57,524 nt of DNA from Candidatus Kaiserbacteria bacterium. GTDB lineage: Bacteria > Patescibacteriota > Minisyncoccia > Phycocordibacterales > Phycocordibacteraceae. The position numbers and the translations under genes were made by a program. Shown piece by piece: positions 52,724-57,524 of the stretch (its first letter is position 1; each line of letters begins with the position of its first letter). Under the pieces are notes generated by a model, which saw only the letters and a list, made by a program, of their open reading frames with translations, did no database searches and had not been told where the DNA came from. Location: contig JAHFMJ010000003.1 in assembly GCA_023269035.1 (NCBI GenBank), positions 1-57,524 on the forward strand, in the 5' to 3' direction.

Positions 52724-54316
52724 ATGTTCTGGCTCGATAGGGTTTGTGAGCAAGCGCGGGAAGCCCTGAAAGAAAAAATCGCTTCAGGCGAAACCCTTTT
52801 AATACGTGATGAGAAGACGGCCTCAGGGCGCGTACATGTCGGAAGCATGCGCGCGCTCGCGCTCCACGCGGCCATAGCCGAGCGGCTCGACGAAGCCGGC
52901 GTGAAAAATGTGTTCAAGTTCGAGATAAACGACTTTGACCCAATGGACGGGCTGCCGGTCTATCTTGATGAAAAAGCATATCGCCAGCACATGGGAAAGC
53001 CGCTTTATAAAATCCCGTCTCCGGAGGCAGGCGCGCCAAATTTCGCTGAATATTTTGCGCAAGAGTATATAGGGGCAATCCATGATGCAGGCTTTACTCC
53101 GGAATTCTATCGTTCGAGCGAACTGTACCTCTCTGGAAAGATGAACGCCGCGATACGGCTCGCGCTCGAGAAAGCGGATAGAGTGCGAAAAATCTATAAA
53201 GAGGTCTCGGGTGCAGAAAAAACGGATGACTGGCACCCGCTGAACGTCATCTGTGAAAATTGCGGGAAGATAGGCACGACGAAAGTAACCGCTTTTGACG
53301 GAGAAAAAGTGACCTACACGTGTTATCCGACTGCGGTGAAGTGGGCTGAGGGCTGCGGGCACTCGGGAACCATATCTCCGTTCGATGGGAGAGCGAAATT
53401 GACGTGGAAAGTAGAGTGGCCAGCAAAGTGGTTCACCCTCGGCGTCGATATCGAAGGCGGTGGCAAAGACCACTTCAGCAAGGGTGGCGCACGTGACGTG
53501 GCACGACGCGTTTCAGTCGAGGTATTCGGCTATCCGGAGCCGTTCGGGGTGCCGAACGAGTTCTTCCTCATCGGCGGCAAGAAGATGTCTTCATCCAAAG
53601 GACAGGGCTCCTCGGCGAAAGATATCGTCGACCTCATCCCGCCGCGCATCTTCCGCCTCGCCCTTTTCCAAAAAGAAATCAACCAGCAGATCAACTTCGA
53701 CCCTGCGGGCGATACCATACCGCTCCTCTTCGATGCGTATGACAAGCTCGCGGAAAAATATTGGAGCGGAGTTGAGGACGACGATACGCGCCTCTTCCTG
53801 TATGCGCACACGCCGGAGGAGCGGAAGAATATCAAAAAAAGATTTTTGCCGCGCTTCTCTTCGGTCGTCTTTCTCCAACAAATGTCTCACCTCGACTTCG
53901 TGCAGGAGATAGCGAAACTGAAAGGGGAGCTACTCACCGAAGACGACAAAGAGGAATTGGAGCTTCGCGCGAAGTACGCCGACAAATGGCTTTCAACCTA
54001 CGCTCCAGAAGAGTATCAGTACAAGATACAAGAGACGCTTCCTGCGGGGGCAAAACCTCTCTCTGAGCTACAGAGACAGGCCTACGAGGAAATCCTGACC
54101 TATCTGAAAGGGAATACCGAGGCCCCACTAGATAGCCAGGAGTTGCACACGCTCCTGCACGAGGTCCGAAAGAAATACGACCTCAAGCCGGATGACTTCT
54201 TCGGAGGCATCTATATGGCCTTCCTGGGCAAGCGGAGCGGCCCAAAGATGGGCTGGTTCCTCTCCGTCCTCGGCCGCCCCGCCCTTATCAATCGTTTGAT
54301 AGACTTACTCTCTTAA
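52724..54316 (+). CDS. lysK: lysine--tRNA ligase, class I
   Basis: HVGS (HIGH-like) and KMSSSKG (KMSKS). About 530 aa. TACTAT 52712-52717 lies 6 nt before ATG 52724. Confidence 0.9.
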   Translation: MFWLDRVCEQAREALKEKIASGETLLIRDEKTASGRVHVGSMRALALHAAIAERLDEAGVKNVFKFEINDFDPMDGLPVYLDEKAYRQHMGKPLYKIPSPEAGAPNFAEYFAQEYIGAIHDAGFTPEFYRSSELYLSGKMNAAIRLALEKADRVRKIYKEVSGAEKTDDWHPLNVICENCGKIGTTKVTAFDGEKVTYTCYPTAVKWAEGCGHSGTISPFDGRAKLTWKVEWPAKWFTLGVDIEGGGKDHFSKGGARDVARRVSVEVFGYPEPFGVPNEFFLIGGKKMSSSKGQGSSAKDIVDLIPPRIFRLALFQKEINQQINFDPAGDTIPLLFDAYDKLAEKYWSGVEDDDTRLFLYAHTPEERKNIKKRFLPRFSSVVFLQQMSHLDFVQEIAKLKGELLTEDDKEELELRAKYADKWLSTYAPEEYQYKIQETLPAGAKPLSELQRQAYEEILTYLKGNTEAPLDSQELHTLLHEVRKKYDLKPDDFFGGIYMAFLGKRSGPKMGWFLSVLGRPALINRLIDLLS

Positions 54317-54344
54317 AAAACCGCCCGAATGGGCGGTTTTTGTT
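54315..54344 (+). terminator. intrinsic terminator after lysK
   Basis: AAAAAA-CCGCCC (54321-54326)-GAAT-GGGCGG (54331-54336)-TTTTTGTT. Confidence 0.85.
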
Positions 54345-54346
54345 AT

Positions 54347-54410
54347 GTGGATAAGTGTTAGCGTGTGGGGGAGAGTGGCATATACTTTACTACTAGTGGG
54401 ATAAAGTGGA
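54347..54410 (+). promoter_or_regulatory. mraZ promoter region with phased GTGG(G/A/C) direct repeats (candidate MraZ operator)
   Basis: GTGGA 54347, GTGTT 54355, GTGGG 54365, GTGGC 54375, TATACT 54381-54386, GTGGG 54396, GTGGA 54406. Spacing is about 10 bp. Confidence 0.6.
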
Positions 54411-54415
54411 ATGAT

Positions 54416-54850
54416 ATGTTAATCGGCGAATACACACACTCCCTGGACCCCAAAAAGCGCCTTTCGCTGCCTGCTAAATTTCGCAAAGAACTCGGAAAAA
54501 CCGTTATCGTCACGCGCGGCCTCGATCACTGCCTTTTCATCTTTTCCGCCCCGTCATGGAAGAAACTTGCGGGCAAATTCGCCGATCTCTCCATCGGCTC
54601 GACCGACACGCGCGGGTTCAACCGCTTTATGCTCTCAGGAGCAGTGGAAGCGGAGGTGGACGGCGCCGGGCGTATCCTGATTCCTGACTTTTTGAAAAGC
54701 TTTGCTGAGCTCAAGAGCCACGTGGTACTCGCGGGCGTCAACGACCGTGTGGAAATTTGGGACGAGAAACGTTGGGAGACCTACAAGGCGCAGATCGAGA
54801 GCCAGGCAGACACGATGGCATCGAAGCTTGGCGAGATCGGAGTCATCTAA
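54416..54850 (+). CDS. mraZ: transcriptional regulator MraZ
   Basis: Two SpoVT/AbrB-like halves with DxxxR (LDPKKRLSLP, VDGAGRILIP). Start at MLIGEYTH (54416). Confidence 0.92.
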   Translation: MLIGEYTHSLDPKKRLSLPAKFRKELGKTVIVTRGLDHCLFIFSAPSWKKLAGKFADLSIGSTDTRGFNRFMLSGAVEAEVDGAGRILIPDFLKSFAELKSHVVLAGVNDRVEIWDEKRWETYKAQIESQADTMASKLGEIGVI

Positions 54851-54854
54851 CCCC

Positions 54855-55757
54855 ATGAAACAGAAAAACTCGACACATGAGACAGTCTTGCTTGCCGAAA
54901 CGGTGGATGGCCTGGATTTAAAACAGAAAGGCGTCGCGATAGACGCGACCGTCGGCGTCGGCGGTCATGCAGAGCGCATCGCAAAGATGCTCGGCAAAGG
55001 CGGAACGCTTATGGTGCTTGACGCGGATGATCACTCGCTCAATCTTTCAAAAGAACGACTCGCTGATGCGCCAGCAAAAGTGATATTCGTGCAGGGCAAC
55101 TTCAGGAACCTGAAAGAGCTCGCGAGTGATGCGGGCGTGACGAGTGCGCAGGGCATCGTGTTTGATCTTGGTTGGCACAGTGACCAGCTTGCCGGAGGTC
55201 GTGGGCTTTCCTTCAAAAGCGAAGAACCGCTCATCATGACGCTCGGCACGCACGGCGACTATCCACTGACCGCGAAAGACATCATCGCCGACTGGGATGA
55301 AGAGGAGATAGCAAAAATAATCCGTGAGTATGGCGAAGAACGATTTTCCGGACGCATTGCCCGCGTCATCGTCGAACATCGTGACAAGAAGCCTATAGAG
55401 ACCGCGCGCGAGCTCGGGGAAATAATCTTTTCCGCTGTTCCCGGTTTTTATCGCCATGGCAAATTGCATCCGGCAACGCGGACGTTCCAGGCCCTGCGCA
55501 TCGCGGTCAACGATGAGCTCAATGCGCTCACTGAAGCGCTCATCCAAGCTATCGACTTGCTGACGCCCGGCGGACGCGTTGCGGTCATCTCATTCCACAG
55601 CCTCGAGGATAGGATCGTAAAGCGCGCATTCCGCGAAGCTGAGGAGCGCGGAGAAGGAAAGCGCATCACCAAGAAGCCGCTCGTCGCCGGTGATGATGAG
55701 CGCGCAATAAATCCTCGCGCACGCAGCGCAAAATTAAGAATTTTTCAAAAAAAATAA
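54855..55757 (+). CDS. rsmH: 16S rRNA (cytosine1402-N4)-methyltransferase
   Basis: DATVGVGGHAE and SFHSLEDRIVK. Start at MKQKNSTHETV. Confidence 0.93.
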   Translation: MKQKNSTHETVLLAETVDGLDLKQKGVAIDATVGVGGHAERIAKMLGKGGTLMVLDADDHSLNLSKERLADAPAKVIFVQGNFRNLKELASDAGVTSAQGIVFDLGWHSDQLAGGRGLSFKSEEPLIMTLGTHGDYPLTAKDIIADWDEEEIAKIIREYGEERFSGRIARVIVEHRDKKPIETARELGEIIFSAVPGFYRHGKLHPATRTFQALRIAVNDELNALTEALIQAIDLLTPGGRVAVISFHSLEDRIVKRAFREAEERGEGKRITKKPLVAGDDERAINPRARSAKLRIFQKK

Positions 55758-55761
55758 TACT

Positions 55762-56136
55762 ATGGGACGTAAAAAAACAATTCGGATTCCGGAAGGGCAG
55801 GAACACCTGCCGTTCCGTGGGAAGGGGACCGGAGTGTGGGCGCTCAGTACCCGCACCGAACGACGTATACTCATAGGACTCTCTGCGCTATGCGTATCCG
55901 TCATGCTGCTCTATATGTACTTTCTTATAGCCTCCGTCGCACACGTAGCGGCACGAGGGGAACTTGCCGGAGAGGCGCGAATCCTCGATTCGAGAGTTGC
56001 CTCGCTTGAGGCGACCTACCTCAGCCGCTCAACAGGGATTTCTGAGTCGTATGCGCGCTCTGTCGGCTTTGTGCCGGCACGTAGCACGAGCTTTGTCGAG
56101 AAGGGGGCTGTCGTCACTCTTCATACCGCACCGTAG
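55762..56136 (+). CDS. FtsL-like single-pass membrane protein (positional call)
   Basis: Single TM (ILIGLSALCVSVMLLYMYFLI). Located between rsmH and ftsI. Confidence 0.5.
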   Translation: MGRKKTIRIPEGQEHLPFRGKGTGVWALSTRTERRILIGLSALCVSVMLLYMYFLIASVAHVAARGELAGEARILDSRVASLEATYLSRSTGISESYARSVGFVPARSTSFVEKGAVVTLHTAP

Positions 56137-56160
56137 AGCGTGGTTTATACTGGAGACTTC

Positions 56161-57524
56161 ATGAGGTCTCGATTTGCGTACCGCGTCCGCTTTATTGCGT
56201 TCTTGATCATCGCGGTTGCGGTGGTGCTCTTGATACGCCTCTATTTCCTCCAAGTCGTGCACGGGAAAGAGTACCGGCTCAAAGCGGAAAGCCAATACGT
56301 GAAGCAAAGCAGCAATCAGATCGACCGCGGAACGATCTATTTTACGCAGCGCGACGGCTCGCTCATTTCGGCAGCAACGCTGAACTCTGGCTATACGATC
56401 GCACTCAACCCGACACTGATACAAAATCCTGAAAAAACGTACGGGTCTCTCGCGGCGGCGCTTCCGAGCATTGATAAAGCGTCTTTCCTTGAGAAAACAG
56501 CAAAAAAGGAAGACACTTATGAAGAGATCGCGCGGAAAGTCTCCGATCAGACAGGCCAGGATATCGCTGCGCTCAACATCCCCGGCGTCCAAACATTGCG
56601 GGAACGGTGGCGCTTTTATCCGGGGAACAGCCTGGCAGCGCACACCATCGGCTTCTTGGGTTACGGAGGCGATGGCAAGACGCTGACCGGCCAGTACGGG
56701 CTTGAGCGCTCTTACGAGACCGCGCTCACGCGCGAGGGCGGGGGATTATACCTCAACTTTTTTGCCGATCTCTTCACTAATATCCGCACGCAATTCTTCT
56801 CTGACGACGCATCGGCAGGTGCCGACCTCGTCACCTCTATCGAACCATCGACGCAGCAGTTCCTCGAGGGCATCCTCGACAGGTACGGGACAGCATGGAA
56901 CCCGAAAATCGCCGGCGGCATCATCATGGATCCGAAGACGGGTGCCGTCATTGCCATGGCCAGCCGCCCCACGTTCGACCTGAATAATTTCAAAGATGCC
57001 GATGCGAACGATTTTGCGGACCCGCTCGTGCAGCGGGTGTACGAGTTCGGCTCGACGATGAAAGCGATCACGATGGCCGCCGGCATCGACAGTGGCACGG
57101 TAACACCAACGACGCAGTACAACGATACCGGATGCATCACGGTAGATACCGCAAAGATATGTAACTACGATCATAAAGCGCGAGGTGTAGTACCCATGCA
57201 AGAGGTGCTCAATCAATCACTGAACCTCGGTGTCTCCTTTATCGCGACAAAAATGGGAAACCAGGCCTTCACTGACTACTTCAAGCGCTTCGGCATCGCT
57301 GAGGAGACTGGCATCGACCTGCCAAGCGAGGCCACGCCGCTTGTGTCAAACCTGGAGAGCCCGCGCCAAGTGGAGCATGATACCGCCGCGTTCGGCCAGG
57401 GCATTGCGCTCACTCCGATCGCGATGACACGCGCACTCGCCACATTAGCGAACCACGGGGTCGTCCCCGGACCCCATGTCGGGGTTGAGCTGCGCTACGG
57501 CGGTGGTATAACGAAAAAGCTCGG
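56161..57524 (+). CDS. ftsI: penicillin-binding protein FtsI-like (class B PBP), 3'-truncated at window edge
   Basis: Hand translation is open to the end of the window (not in the ORF track). TM FIAFLIIAVAVVLLI, STMK (SxxK), and SLN (SxN). Confidence 0.88.
   Translation, partial: MRSRFAYRVRFIAFLIIAVAVVLLIRLYFLQVVHGKEYRLKAESQYVKQSSNQIDRGTIYFTQRDGSLISAATLNSGYTIALNPTLIQNPEKTYGSLAAALPSIDKASFLEKTAKKEDTYEEIARKVSDQTGQDIAALNIPGVQTLRERWRFYPGNSLAAHTIGFLGYGGDGKTLTGQYGLERSYETALTREGGGLYLNFFADLFTNIRTQFFSDDASAGADLVTSIEPSTQQFLEGILDRYGTAWNPKIAGGIIMDPKTGAVIAMASRPTFDLNNFKDADANDFADPLVQRVYEFGSTMKAITMAAGIDSGTVTPTTQYNDTGCITVDTAKICNYDHKARGVVPMQEVLNQSLNLGVSFIATKMGNQAFTDYFKRFGIAEETGIDLPSEATPLVSNLESPRQVEHDTAAFGQGIALTPIAMTRALATLANHGVVPGPHVGVELRYGGGITKKL

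Noticed and set aside
54346-54354. Perfect DnaA box (TGTGGATAA, the reverse complement of TTATCCACA) upstream of mraZ.
   Set aside because: It is a single copy with no cluster, no AT-rich unwinding element and no dnaA/dnaN nearby. One exact 9-mer in about 115 kb of two-strand sequence is close to chance expectation. It is better explained as one unit of the GTGG repeat array.
1-57524. Looked for CRISPR repeats, transposase, integrase or recombinase genes, reverse transcriptase (DGR/retron), toxin-antitoxin pairs, restriction-modification or other recognisable defence modules, and rRNA genes.
   Set aside because: No repeat-spacer periodicity and no ORF with the corresponding catalytic motifs was found by eye. 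The only nuclease-like accessory gene is the solitary PD-(D/E)XK protein at 6741-7547, which has no partner genes. A profile-based scan (for example DefenseFinder or PADLOC) would be needed to exclude divergent systems.

Overview
Gene-dense 57.5-kb chromosomal segment, moderately GC-rich by eye (not computed), standard genetic code. No rRNA, CRISPR array, transposase or integrase was seen. The gene content suggests a small-genome CPR/Patescibacteria-like bacterium: class I LysRS, archaeal-type PGI/PMI, a cohesin+dockerin protein, many short ORFans and promoter-adjacent start codons. This assignment is inference only.

Core content, in order:
- rpoC (5'-truncated), dnaG, rpoD
- a PD-(D/E)XK nuclease, DsbA-like protein, uppP, hisS, prmC, an RRM/RGG RNA-binding protein and two DedA-type proteins
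- a TauBC-like ABC pair, PMM/PGM, an IMPase, two glycosyltransferases and glpX
- an MFS pump and tRNA-Asn, followed by a lower-GC accessory stretch: SemiSWEET, an Ig-like surface protein, cohesin/dockerin protein, DoxX, SWIB, Csp, a thioredoxin-like protein, hpf, pepQ and a 562-aa ORFan
- fmt-def-priA, murA, PGI/PMI, mreB, holB-like, frr and rseP
- proA-proC-proB, a small AN1-like Zn-finger ORF, and proS
- a second mreB with mreC-mreD-mrdA, then greA and lysK
- the start of the dcw cluster: mraZ-rsmH-ftsL-like-ftsI (3'-truncated)

Main observations:
1. An unclassified structured RNA of about 165 nt sits between rseP and proA. It has a consensus promoter, an intrinsic terminator and mutually exclusive pairings.
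2. Promoter-to-ATG spacing across the window implies mostly leaderless mRNAs. This also exposes three unannotated small Cys-rich ORFs.
3. The replication proteins have degenerate cofactor sites: DnaG lacks three of four Zn ligands, and PriA has degenerate Walker A and DExH motifs and has lost its inner Zn site.
4. A 13-nt duplication of the tRNA-Asn 3' end.
5. A phased GTGG-repeat MraZ operator.

All coordinates and motif counts were derived by hand from the sequence and the ORF track.
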